Source: Guillardia theta CCMP2712 (taxonomy: Eukaryota > Protista > Cryptophyta). From it: a stretch of DNA of 64,000 nucleotides. The notes beneath the pieces are model-generated. The model had not been told where the DNA came from. It saw only the letters and a program-made list of their open reading frames with translations, and made no database searches. Shown one piece after another: positions 1-12,408 of the stretch. Location: assembly GCF_000315625.1 (NCBI RefSeq), contig NW_005434661.1, forward strand, positions 663,548 to 727,547, in the 5' to 3' direction. Within the stretch, counting starts at the first letter, position 1; each line of letters opens with the position of its first letter. The translations under genes were made by a program, and so were the position numbers.

Positions 1-2281
1 GCAGTCAAACTACATCCATGACGAGGGACTGATTGTCTTGACCAGCGCTCTTGACAGATGTAACAACCTGACGCTCTTGGATCTCGCCGACAACGACCTC
101 GGACCTGTCGGCATGGAGTTTCTTTCGAGCAAGCTGGCGGAGAATTCTTCCCTGACCCATCTGGACCTGTCGAACAATGCGATAGGTGACGAGGGAGCTA
201 CGAGGCTAGCGGCAAATCTCTTCGTGTCCACCAAGTTGAGCATCAAGGCTCTTTCTTTGCGCGGTAACGGTATCACGAGCGAAGGAGCCGCTAGGCTTGC
301 CGCTGCCCTGCCACCTCTGGGCCAGCTGGACTTGGGCAAGAACTCGATAGGGGCAGAGGGGGCAGGGCTGATCGCCTCCTCCATTCGCATGTGGCCTGCG
401 ATCTCCTCCCTCGACGTACGAGAGCTCATGTCAACACTCCTCGCGGCTCGTCACTGACTGCGATACGCTGTTGCAGTTGTCTGCCAACTTGCTCGGAGAA
501 GAAGGTCTGAGCCTCATCGTCAGCGTGCTGCCCCAGTGCAGCCAGGTGCAGCGGGCAGCCGGTGGAAGAAAGGAGAATCCTGACAACTTTCTTGCCTCAG
601 CTGCAGGAACTTGATCTAAGTTGTAACAGCTTTGGGGATCATACTGTACTTCTCCTTGTCTGCTGGAAGGGTGCTTACATTCTTGTAGGCAAGTTTGCTC
701 GCATCGGTCATTCCGCACTGCGCCTGCCTATCTAAGGTCTCGCTCTCCAATACGTTGATTGGCTCGGAGGTGAGCGGGACGAGAGCATATCAGCATGCAG
801 CGAGCATGATCATGTTGAACAGGGGACGGGATTCCTTGCTTCGTCTTTGCCGCACTATTCTGTCTTGAGGGAATTGCGATTGAACGACAACCAGGTCCAA
901 CACTCCGCGGAGCAAGTGATTGGAGAGTTTGCTGAATACATTGCTGGCTCCAGATTGGATGTGAAGGAATCTACCTCCTCGCTTCCACGTTGCCACAGGT
1001 TCAAATCCTGACATGCTTGCACACGTAACTCATCTGGACTGTCAGTGCGGTCGGCTGGTATCGTTGGACCTTTCGAAGAATCAGGTCTGAGCCCCTTTTG
1101 ACCTTGGTACCTGCTGGCCTTGGCTCTGTTGACTTGCCATGGGAAGATCGGAGATGAAGGGATGGCGAGGCTTTCTTCCTCCCTGCCATGGTGCATCTCA
1201 CTAGAAACGGTGAGTGTCTTGAATGGCTGAACAATGAAGGGGGGAGATGGAGGGGGGCGGGGGGGGGGGGGGCCAAGAGGTGGAGGAGAAGGAGTAAAGA
1301 ACCCTCCGTGAGTCCTTCCTGCTGTTCAGATTGCGCTGGGTTGGAACGACATCAGCGATGAAGGCATTGGGTTCCTGTCTGCAGTCCTTGCCAGTTGTCT
1401 CAGGTAATCAAGTAGAGTCTCACTCTCTCCGCCTTCCCACGCAAGTTTCCACAGGCTGAAGAGCTTGTCACTGGAGTGCAATCACATAGAGGAGGAGGGA
1501 TGCAGCCTACTGGCTGTTTCATTGCCGTCCTGCTCCAACCTCAATGTAAGTTGACCCGGCTGTCAGGATCCGTCGGATCCGGAGCATGTTTCATCTACTT
1601 CACTTGAGGACCTTGAACCCGCCGACTCGATCTTACTCATGACTGACAGACTTTGAATCTCTCTTCGAACGATCTTGAAAGCAACGGCGTCATCGTGAGA
1701 AGTATCCCTTCCATGTCCCTGCTCGTTCACTGTCTCCTCAGGTTCTCGCCGACGTTCTCAGCAAGTGTGAGAGCCTTACCCACTTGAGCCTCTCCAACTG
1801 TAAAGTGCGTTCTGTGCATCTCTTTCTCCCCATCTTGACCTGACCGTCTCAGATCGGCTCCAAGGGAGCTACTGGACTCGCCCACACCCTCCCCCGGTAG
1901 CTTGCTGAGCAAGTCCGCACACTACGCTCACCCCCGTGGTCCAGCTGTAAAGTTTCGTTCCTCGACCTGCAAGAGAACAAGATCGGCGTCGCTGGTGCTG
2001 CAACGTTCGCGTCAGTCTTGCCCAGGTACGGCAGGTGGGAGTGATCCGCTGCATCTGAAGGATGGAGATGCAGGTGCTCCCACCTGTCGCATTTCAGGGT
2101 GGGCAGAAACAATCTTGGCGATGAAGGGGAGAGCTTCCTGCTGGGTAACCACCTGGGATGCTGTCGTGGGGTGCTGACCCGTTGAGGGTGTGCAGGAGCT
2201 GTAAAGTACTCCCCCTCCATCTCCTCTCTCTCGCTCAGTGTCGACTTGAACCTCACCAGCGACTTCTTGGAGAGAGCATGA
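1..2281 (+). CDS. RNI/NLRC3-like leucine-rich repeat protein, multi-exon, 5' end outside window
   Basis: Repeated LxxLxLxxNxIGDEGA units (LTHLDLSNNAIGDEGATRLA, LSLRGNGITSEGAARLA) in ORF 38..457 and in successive short exons separated by ~45-55 bp GT-AG introns; likely stop TGA 2279-2281. Confidence 0.85.
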
Positions 2282-2415
2282 GGAGACGAAAGGATGTAAA
2301 TATGCTGCTGCTGCTCCTCGGATGCAGCCATCTCCGTCGGGAGCGGTTACTTGGATGTATTGCGCTAGGGAAAAAATTCTTATAATAATGGCATCTAGCC
2401 GATTGAACTGCAGTT

Positions 2416-4483
2416 TCATTGAAAATAATAGTCGAAGGCCTGGAGCATGTTCTTCATTCTCCTTCTGTACCTCTTGCAGTGAATGTGATCTTGATGGCAC
2501 GTCTCCATCGTACAGCAACATTTCCTGCCAATGACGTCACCAGACCCTCGAGCCCTCGAGCCTTCCTACCTTGTGCATACAGGACATCGCCAATCGAGCC
2601 GGTCAGCGTCATCTTGAGACTTGAAGTGCGTCGGGTTGTGAAGGTGTAGCTTGCAGCACTTGTCGCAGAATTTCTGCGAGAGTCGTCAGCCCCTTGATCC
2701 CCTGCCACTCTCAACATGCACCTGATCACAGTTGGGGCTAAGGCATGTGAAGTTGGAACATCGCTTCGGCGCGTGCTCGCAGTAGTGGCAGTTCTTGTTC
2801 TTCAGTTCGACCGGTGCACTCAGGATCGACTTGGTTCCTTGATGGGTCAAGACTCTCTTGCGCCTCCTTCGGACCGCCCACTCAGGCTGGTTTGCATCCT
2901 CGGCATCGTCCAACAGCTTGCAGCTCGAGTTGTCAGACTCTGACGTCATCGCAGAGTCAGCCCTCAAGCTTGTGGCGAGAGCATTCAAGGGCATCATTCA
3001 CCTAGTGGAGAAAGCCGAGAGCGCACTTCGGCGCTCTTGGAAGTCAAGTCGCAGATCGTGATCAAACTTTTGCAGTCCAAGAACTGGTACAGCACCGGAA
3101 TCCAGTCAGTCTGTGTCCGGGATCAAAGGCAAGACAAGGCACTTACCTCGTTGCAGATGAAACCTTCATCAACAAAGAGATGAGATGCGTCCTTCCAGTG
3201 AATGATCACTTCATCCGGTCCCAATGTTGCCCTCCGGACAGGGATGCCGTTCTTGGCAAGCTCCTGCTGGAACAGTCACCCCCTCCCGACGGCCTCATTC
3301 CATCCTGGGCACAGCTTACCTCGGGGTCGATCAGCAGCTCATCCTTCTCGTTTAGTTTTCCATGCTTGCTCCTCACTTCTGCTCTCATCCGGTCTGAAAG
3401 CTGCGAGAGATCTTCGCGGTGCGCCGGAGGCACCACGTAGGCCGTTCTCGAGCCCCCGACGTGAACGCAACACACCATCGTCTCATGCTCCGTCTGGCTC
3501 CACCCGCTCGCCTGTCAAGACGTCAGATGATGAACGAGAGACTTAGCATGACGAGCAGGCACCGTGATTTCGCTGCCCAATGAAAGCACGCAGGGATAGG
3601 ACTCAGCGTGTTCAGCCACAGGAGCAAAGAGGTTCTCGTGAGAAGGTGCATGGAGCAGGGAGAAAGTATCTGCTGTTGCCTTGATCGTCTTCTCGCCATC
3701 CTCCTTGTGAGTTCTGATCGAACGGAGGGAGTCTTGAAGCTCCAGAAAGCTTCTCAACTCGACGTCGCCGGCCACCACCAGGTCGCAGCCAGGCAGTTGT
3801 TTGTATCGAAGGGTTTTGGACTCGCAGTGGAACTTCAAAGTGTTCAGCCTGGACAGGTCGCTCTTCATGTGCTTGTGCCTCCAGCCTTGTGGAAGTTTGA
3901 CCTTGACAGCTCCGTAGGTTCTGCCCACTGAGTCCAGACACTCAAGGTACGACTTCAAGTCCTCAAGCTGCTCGTTGCAGGGACTGAAGGTTGGCAGCTC
4001 TTCGACGGCTTCAGTCTTCTGAAGGCCTTCTTGCTTCTCATCTATCGATGGCTGAAATGCGGGCTGGGGAGGCGACTGATCTTCCATAGTCGGGGGCCGA
4101 CTCAGCGATGGCAGCTCCCGCGTTAAGTCTTCTTGTTTGCTCTCACCCTCCGCCATAACTTCTTGTACAAAATTCATGCTGTGATCTGACAATGCCATAT
4201 GATCATGGCATTTGAACAGATCGTCCGAAATGGAACAAAATGGCTGAGGATCGATTTGCTTGGAGAAAAGAGGTTCATAATCGAACAAAGGCGCTATTCC
4301 TGGGTCCAAATGTGTGACGGCTTCTCTACAGTGAAAGTGTTGCTCGTCAAAGATGATGCCCAGCTCGTCTCTTCCGTCCATATTTGCTTCACGAGCAGCA
4401 GTTGGGTCTCTCCTTCCGTGGTCTCCTCCCTCTTGTATCTTGTCCTTGCCTGTTCTCCCTACGGCGTCATCCATAGCTCTCAT
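2416..4483 (-). CDS. JmjN + degenerate JmjC (KDM4/5-like) protein with C-terminal Cys-rich zinc finger
   Basis: JmjN-like LPTFSPCNEQLEDLKSYLE..YGAVKVKLPQGW; JmjC-like GGSRTAYVVPPAH, GIPVRRATLGPDEVIIHWKDASH..GFICNE; C-terminal CHYCEHAPKRC..CDKC..WRCPVC..CCC..HIHC; 51-bp intron 3512-3562. Confidence 0.8.
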
Positions 4484-5166
4484 TGCCTTTCACGGTCACT
4501 CAAACACGAAACCAGCTCTTTTCGATAGATGCGAGTCACATGCACTGCTGACAGGTCAAAAATGTATTTCTTCAAGGCCTCATGGGCCCCCCCCCCCCCC
4601 CCCCCCCGTCCCTCCCCTCTCCTTGGGGTCAAACGAATAGAAAATCTGCTGTGAGATACACCCCCACCCCGGTCCATTTTGACCAGTAGTTTTGACTGCA
4701 ATAACCCATGGGCCAGAACGTGGCGATTACTACTGCAGCCATGATCGCCACGGCTCCTCCCTACACATATTTGACCACGGTCAAAATAGAGTCATTCGTG
4801 TGGTGGGGTACATGAAAGTTTCGCTCGGGGGGAGGGTGGGTTCCCGGGAGGTTCCAGGTGAGGGTGGGGTCCAAGGGGTCAAAGAGCAGGTGGTAGGGTG
4901 TGGGGGGGAGGGGATGATAAGACTGGGAGAATCGTCAGGTTCAAGTTGCGGAAGGGATGTTTGCGACCCCCAATTCAATTTGAAGTTTGAATGATTATTT
5001 TTGAAATTATTGGCTGATGATCTTTTTCGATGAGAATATTTGCTGGGTCGTTTTTATCTTTGGTTTTTTGACTTTAAGACCACCCACCCCCTCAGCAAAC
5101 TCAGAACGACCCACCCTCGTCTCCAATGTGAGTAAAACTTGTCGGGAAAAAATGGGAACAGACTGC

Positions 5167-5189
5167 ATTTTAACTTAACTTTGAGTAAA
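5167..5189. repeat. 23-bp inverted repeat, left copy (pairs with 15305-15327)
   Basis: attttaacttaactttgagtaaa is the exact reverse complement of tttactcaaagttaagttaaaat at 15305-15327. Confidence 0.9.
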
Positions 5190-6459
5190 CTAAAACTGCA
5201 ATAGGCTCCAGGTATTGTGGCGAAGAGACCCGATTGAAGAGTAGAAGTGAGAAGGGAACTGTTTACGAGAGGAGGCTGAATGACAAAGACGTGAAAGAGA
5301 TCCATCACGAGACAAAACTCACCGTGAGTGTACTATTCGATCCTGAAGAGTATCCAAGGCACGAATGCACCTTTGTTCTTGAACTAGTAGTCCAATGCAG
5401 CAAACAGATTTGTCACATCCTGAAGCTTTGCGGGTTTCGGACGTCAAAACGAATGCTTAAAGCTGCTCCTCTGGATCACGCTGATAAGAAGCTTTTTGAG
5501 ACGGGCAAGTATCCCTAGTGCGTCCGCTGAGATCTGCTGCCGACTCAGGCTTGACATTCCCTTGCCGACTCCTCGACATTCCCTTGAAAAGATGCCAAAG
5601 AATCGGAGCTGAAGCAGCAAGCATGCCACTGACCACTGAGTGATGTTGGGCAAAAGAGTGCCACCGTGTGCAACTTGGGCGCGCCAGTGGTATCATGAGT
5701 CCCTGTACCGTACTGGTACGATTCGCTGAACCCCCATAAAGATCAGGCACAGCAAGGGAAAGGACAGATCACCTTAGAAGTTGTTGACGATCCTTTTAGA
5801 GTATAGTCGAGGGGAACCACCGCTTAAGTCTGCTGCCTGCTCCTCCTCAAGGTTCATCCGATCGTACCAGTACAGGAGATACGTATGGTCACTTACCGTA
5901 TTCTACTGTAGTCCATATCAAGTATCCTCCACGACCTGCACTAGTCACTGAGTTATCTGTACTACGGAGTCACAGAGTCGGCGTGCCGCAGTGCGTGACT
6001 CAGGCTGAGGAGGCTCCACCCACCACCCCTGGCCCGGCCGGGCGGCATCATGGCCAATACTGACGTATCAGCATCGGCGATTGAGTATCCGATCCCACCT
6101 GCGCCGCGTCACGATCAACCTCGCAACTGACTGTTTGAGCAAAGAATGGAAGCCTGGCAAAAGCTTGTCCGAAGTTCATCATGCCTTATGACGATGTCCT
6201 ACATTCCATATGGAGACAGTCCTGAGGTTTTTCAGAGGACTGTGAGAGCTGCATATGATCAAGTTATTGATCTCTTGAAGGAGAAAGGTATTCACGTCTA
6301 CAGCAATCAAGCAGTCGTCAAGAGATCTGTGGAATATGTACGGTATCGGCGGGATGTCTCTCGGCCTCGCAAGACGTCTAAGGTGATCCAACTTGCTGCA
6401 AGGCGGCGACCAGGTTTGAGGATGATTTTTCAGCCTGTGCAATGATCGTGAAACCACCA

Positions 6460-6930
6460 TGACCTATCAGAGAATTGTGAGGATAGTGATGATTACGATA
6501 ATATGGAGGATGCTGATGATGATGAAGATGATGATGTCCGACGATGAGAATGAGGAAGACGATGATGATGATGATGATGTGATGGAGGGGATGATGAAAG
6601 AGATGAAGATGGAGGAGATGAAGATGATGGAGGAGGAGGAGGAGGAGGATGATGATGATGATGATGAAGGGAATGATGATGGAGAACATTATGATGGAGA
6701 TGACGACGAAGACGACGACGACGATAAACGAGATGACGATGATGGAGAATGATGATTGAGATGATTAGGATTATGGTGATGGAGGTGATGGTGATATAGA
6801 TGATGATGGAGATATTGAAGGTGATCATGATGAAGAAAGGAGATGATGGAGGGGATGATGCTGGAACAAAATGGGAAGATGATGACGATAAAGATAGTGA
6901 TGAAACATAGAGGATGCTGATGACGATGCT

Positions 6931-6965
<35 letters not shown>

Positions 6966-7530
6966 TGTGATGGAGGGATCATGAAGAAGATGAAGGAGGA
7001 GATGAAGATTATGTAGGAGATGACGATGATGATAGTGATGATAATATGGAGGATGATGGAGATGACGATGACGATGACGATGATAAAGAGGACGATAAAA
7101 ATGATCAAAATGAAAGAGGGGATGATGATGATGGTGAAGAAGAACCAGATTATGACGATAAAGATAGTGATGATAATATAAAGGATGCTGACGACGATGG
7201 AGATGGAGATAGTGATTGAGATGGAGATGATGTATGGAGATAATGAGGAGATGATGACGATGATGATGATGATGATAAAGGAAAACAAGAAGAAGATGGA
7301 AATGACGATGTTGGCAATAATGAGCAAGATGATGATGATTGTGATCATTATATACATGAATGGAGTTAACGATTAAGGATATGTTGATATTGATGAAGGA
7401 GATCATGGAAAGGATGATGATGGTGAAGAACGAGATGATGATGTTGATGATGATGAAGGAGATCATGGAGGTAATGAAGAAGAAAAAGAAGATGATGATT
7501 AAGATGGAGATGATGATGATGCAAGTGATG
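6460..7530. repeat. Degenerate (GAT/GAC/GAG)n low-complexity array with higher-order subrepeats
   Basis: ~1.07 kb of gat-rich triplets; recurring blocks such as tgacgataaagatagtgatg (~6882, ~7153) and ataatatggaggatg (~6498, ~7041); no sustained frame. Confidence 0.9.
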
Positions 7531-7887
7531 ATCGACATATCCTGGTCGTGTTTTCGCGGCAGCGCGCCAACTTTCGCTCTGCGTCGCTGTTCAGTATGGA
7601 CGGACGGTTTTGTGAGAGTGTTCATGTACTGGGCATCATCCATTCTCGTAGTCAGCATTTGTGTCGAGGTGTATCGAATGATCTAAATCATTATATTCTC
7701 CATCGAACGATGCAATCTCTGACTCAACAGGAAGCTTCATATATATTTGTTGCCTGAGCTACAATGCTCACTACAAGCCATCCACTCTTTCAGCCCACAT
7801 CAACGTCACAGATTCCATCTATCATCCTCTATGTTGTCGCCTCATCGCCTGCCTCCAGTTGCTCTTCACTCTGAGACCGTGCCTCAT

Positions 7888-9935
7888 CTACGAGCTGAAT
7901 CCTTTCTCCGCTCCCTTTAGCCATGCCACGTCTTCCATGGACAAGAACATCGCGTGCTGGGTAACGTTTTCCACTGGCTGCTTCTCCATCTCACTTGCTG
8001 TCTTGTCGTTGGTGAAAACCTGAGCTCGTCTCCAACTTGCTTTCCTCTCAAGCTCTGCGGGTAGAACAAACACAAGGCATACCCTCTCAAACTTGTTCTT
8101 GGCTCGTAGAGCTGTCAACATCTCACGTAGTGGTCCAAGCTTGATCGGATATTGTTCTGTCCGTGTCATCTGGAACATGTAGAGGACCTCCTGATCTGAC
8201 AATAAAAGCGCACTCATGCAAGGGAAGTTCAATGCCTTGGGCTTGCAATATGTGTTCTCCATGATCTTCCACTCCTTGAGTCCTGTTCTTGAAACCTCAA
8301 AGTATGCCTGTGACTTCTTGACATCCAAACTTATCACTTCCCTTGCCCCTTCATCATCCTCCCCCGACCCTAGACTGCGCAATCTGTATCTCCCTCCTTT
8401 CTTCAGCACCTCATGCGCCAAGCATTCAAAAACTAGACCCGCCCCCCAATCCCACCCAGAATCAGAGCATATGAAAACCATGCGTATAAGGGCATCCCAG
8501 TCTTTTCTGACAAGTCGGGCAAAGATCTTCTCCGCGGCCTTCTGCGAGCATGCTCGAGCGCTGATAGTCGTGTAGTCTGAGCTTGGGACCAGGTGAATCA
8601 GTCTCGATGGCGATCCCAGGTCTTCGTTCCCTGCTGCTATCATCTTTTTGTTTAGCGACGACATTGAGGTTATCGTCTGTATCGCCTGCTCAAGTGTCTC
8701 TAAAGGCCTCATTATGACATTCCTCGGTACGTTCCCCCAATCCTCGACGACATTCTTTGCTTCTTCTTCGTTCACGCGACCCCCTTGCATCTTGATGAAG
8801 ATTGACATCTCCTCATCAGTCCATGTTGGTAGAAAATATCGCCCAGCTCCATTGTTCAGAATGTCCTTGAACCCTCTGAGCTTGGGTGGAGCCAGTATGA
8901 TTGTTCTCAGCGAATCCTCTAACACGTAGTTCCCCTGACCTTCGTACAAGTCGCAGATGTACCACCCGCGGAAAGTGATGAGAAAGGGTGCAAAAACTGT
9001 CACATCCCTAAACCGACTCCATTCTGCCCCATCAAAGTACCAGTACTCGGCTCCTACCTGATAGACTACTTCCTCATCAGAGCCGAGAAGCTGAAGAAGA
9101 AAGAAGTAGGCAAAGCATGACTTCCCTATCCCTGGACTCCCTGTGAGGATGACCTGGCCGTTCTTCGGCTTCTCCGTGTCTAAGCGGAAGTACTCTGCAA
9201 TCAGCTGCTTCATCTCGAAGTAGCAATCTCGTAGGAACAGCTGATTTCCAAAAATCTCATTCCCTCCCAAGAAGGTCGAGAAGCTGACAATCTCTTGAGC
9301 TGAGTAAGTCTTGCCCGCCCTCGCAACCTTGCAAAGCTCGTTCAAGAAGGACAGCAACATGTCGCCTATCAGTCCGTCAGTGCCTTCAGTCGTCAAGGTA
9401 GTGCAATGCGAGCATCACCTTCAGGTTTTGACAGAAAGCCTTGAGGATTCTTTGAACCTTGAGCCCTCTTCACCTCGATGAGTAGATCGCGAAGCTGCTC
9501 CTCTTCCTTTCGAAGCTGCTCCTCTTCCTTTCGAAGCTGCTCCTCTTCCTTTTGAAGCTGCTCCTCCATGTCGCGATTGAGCACTTGTTTCTCTACCTCT
9601 CTGATCTGTCGGTTGACCTGATCTATCTCCTCCTCCACTCTAGCAATCTGCGCCTCTAGAGAGATCATTTCCTCACGATCTCCTCCTCGCCGTATCATGG
9701 ACATCGGCATCCTCCCGGGCACTCCCTTTCTCCTATGCTCTGCATACTCACGCATGTTGAGACTCGAAGTGCGACCTCTGCATGTACCGGCTTCATTGCC
9801 TTTGCGCATGTAGCTCGAGACAGCAGTCCTCCTCGGCGGGATGGATACATCGAGTGCGCAGGGGCAGAAGGCATGGATGGCAGGAAGGAGCATAAGGGCG
9901 ATGAGAGGCAGAGAGGGAACACCGGTTCCTACCAT
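7888..9935 (-). CDS. Crinkler (CRN)/RHS-like P-loop NTPase + restriction-endonuclease-fold protein with N-terminal bipartite presequence and coiled coil (~664 aa, 2 exons)
   Basis: LFLRDCY, Walker A ILTGSPGIGKS, WYICD, LPTWTDEE, WGNVPRNV, GLVFECLAH, YCKPKALNF, FQMT, YPIK, LVFVLP match CRN NTPase-REase motifs; a 53-bp phase-1 intron (9366-9418) joins ORF 9393..10043 (from ATG 9935) to ORF 7888..9396 in frame. Confidence 0.85.
9490..9566 (-). repeat. 21-bp coding tandem repeat (KEEEQLR heptads)
   Basis: cgaagctgctcctcttccttt x~3.5, encoding EEEQLRK coiled-coil heptads. Confidence 0.9.
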
Positions 9936-10057
9936 GGTTGGAGGTGCGCGATTTCGTGAGAAGAGAGTGTACGGAATCCACCACCCACCCTTCCATTCCA
10001 ATTTTCCCGGTAGACGCAGTACCCCAGCCACCCCCATGTTCATTAACAGGTTAAAAA

Positions 10058-10448
10058 TGGAATAAGGAACCTGCCCTGGAATAAGGAACTCAGCGGCGGG
10101 GCAGGTTCTAATAAGGCACTGAGGTTCCTTATTATTCCAGGGCAGGTTCCTTATTCCAAGGGAGGTTCCTTATTCCAAGGCAGGTTCCTTATTCCAAGGG
10201 AGGTCCCTATTCCGGGCCAAGGCAGGTTCCTTATTCCAAGGCAGGTTCCTTATCATGTATCTCCAAGGGAGGTTCCTTATTCCAAGGGAGGTTCCTTATT
10301 CCAAGGCAGGTTCCTTACTAAGTTATTCCAAGGGAGGTTCCTTATTCCAAGGGAGGTTCCTTATTCCAAGGGAGGTTCCTTATTCCAAGGGAGGTTCCTT
10401 ATTCCAAGCCTTGAAGGGAGGCGGGTTCCTTATTCCAAGGCAGGTTCC
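10058..10448. repeat. 19-bp minisatellite (aggttccttattccaagg[g/c]) with inverted copies forming a palindrome at its left end
   Basis: Roughly 15-17 direct copies at 10120-10448; two inverted copies (ggaataaggaac) at 10058-10093. Confidence 0.95.
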
Positions 10449-10459
10449 CGGTTAATCAA

Positions 10460-11010
10460 GTTCCAAGCCTCAGCCTGACAGTGAAGGCAGGCCCGGCCCT
10501 TATTCCAACCGTGACAAGAGCCCTTCGGAACCGTAACTGCCCGGCCCGGCCCTCACACACTTCGCGCCGGGCGCAGAATACCGTCGAAGCCTTGAATGCT
10601 ATGCGACAAGAGGCAGCCGCAATCAAGCAACGGCCGCAGCACTGCCGCAGCCTCCGAGATGCTGTACTCCGGGCCGACTCACTGTGCAAATCAGGCGGCG
10701 GCGGCCGCTCCTCAGGCTCCCGGGCCCTGCCACTGCCAGCCTGAGGCTGTGCACGGTGCCACGGTGCCCCATCATGGCATGACAGTGATCAGACCTCGGA
10801 AGTTCAGAGTCGGAAGTCGGAGGTTGGAAGCCAGTCACGATAGCAGAGGCCCCTAGTTCGGTGGATCGGACTGAGGCGGCCCGCCGGCCGGCGTCACCCG
10901 CCGCGCCGCGCGCCTGCCATGTCAGTGATACAGGCCGGCCCGGGTTGCGGCGTGTCCGATCAGGCGGCCCGGCGGCGGCGCTGGTACCGGCGGGCCCGGC
11001 TGGCGATGTA
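10460..11010. other. GC-rich CCGG-dense non-coding island
   Basis: Dense ccgg/ggccc/cagt words with no convincing ORF; similar islands at ~5985-6125, 33060-33550, 37200-37320 and 52105-52200. Confidence 0.55.
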
Positions 11011-12408
11011 CTACCGGTACCCCATTCAGTCAGCTCTAATAGTACCCTCTAGCACCTCCAGTACCCTCACGCAGCTCTTTTGCTTCGGTTTGAGGCAATC
11101 TTTAAAATACCCCCTGCATTGCACCCCTACCCCCAATATCGGCTCCTTCTTGCGCACATATCAATGTATACCCATATCTCCCACTTGTTATAATTGTAAC
11201 ATCGAGTAATAGTGACATACCCTTTACCCTTGATGTTGGAGGATGTTACAACTGGTTTAGATTTGAATGGACCCCTCCATGATTGACACCCAGCCCTCCA
11301 TCTTTATTCTGGTCCCCTACCCTTCACCTCTACCGCCCTTCCCCAAAAGATACCGATCTCATGGCGTGAAGTGGCTGCGTGATGGGCTGAAGAACAGCGA
11401 GGAAGAGTCAGAGGAGGGAAAGAAGATTTGATGGACTATGTGTGAAGCGAGTGGGTTGAAGAATAGGATGAAACAGGTGCAGGGAAAGCGTGCCCTTGTT
11501 GGAAAGAAGTTGGAGGGAGGCTGTCCGTTCCGCCAATCCAAAAAATGCACTGGGCAGGTGGCAATGAGGCGACGTTCCGAGAAAGGGGCAGTGAAGATTT
11601 CATGCATTATACTGAGAAAGGAGAGGTTTGTCACAAGAAGATAGGCCCTCTCGTTGTACGTGGTTGAGATATTTCCAGGCTCGCATGGCAAGCGAGTTGT
11701 GGAGGGGGAGGGAAGCCAGTCATTTTTGGTAGTCAGTTGGGAGAGGATGATTTTTTCTTCAGCCCAGCTATTCCTCTGTTTTCTTTCTGTTACCCAACAT
11801 TCACTTGCTCGCCTTCACGAGTTCAAGGATTATGTGCACCATCACTTTGTGAAATGATTTGCTGATGATTTGCGACCCATATCTTTGGCACAAGAAATCA
11901 TGCTGCCAACGACGTTTGCTCATGTCGAGAGATAAGCTCTTTACTTGGAGACCATGGATGATTGTGAATGTAGATTTTTTTATGGCTGCAATATCACTGG
12001 CATAAGAGTGGCTTGAACTACATGTGGAGCTTGGCCAACTGCTCATGATAGTTTTCGTCCTGACATGTTTATGGTGCACATATATTTATGATGTGTGAGA
12101 TGCTTGAGAGGGACTCTGGGAAAGACACGTACCTAATGGTGCCTCGAGTGTACAATGATATTTTGAAATCGAACCAGACTTTCAAAAGAGTTGATGGATT
12201 TTGTGAGCGGATGATCTAGAGAAACAAAATATTTGATGCCATTATCTTTTATGAATTTTGCCATGTAAAAAACTTCTGACGGTTATCTGACGCCCTTTTT
12301 ACAGGATTACTTGAAATGAAAACGAGCTAGAAGAAAGTGAACAAAAATACCCATACCAATGTGCTGTGTTTTCTGCCAGTTAATGTTGTTGTAACTTATG
12401 CAAGCAGA

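Noticed and set aside
5234-6445. Short ORFs 5234..5518 and 6146..6445 as a transposase or viral gene
   Set aside because: No recognisable motifs and no consistent spliced model
6378-7686. Poly-Ile/His/Met ORFs
   Set aside because: Translations of the GAT low-complexity array
10058-10448. CRISPR array next to a nuclease gene
   Set aside because: Units are contiguous with no unique spacers, the context is eukaryotic and no cas genes are present
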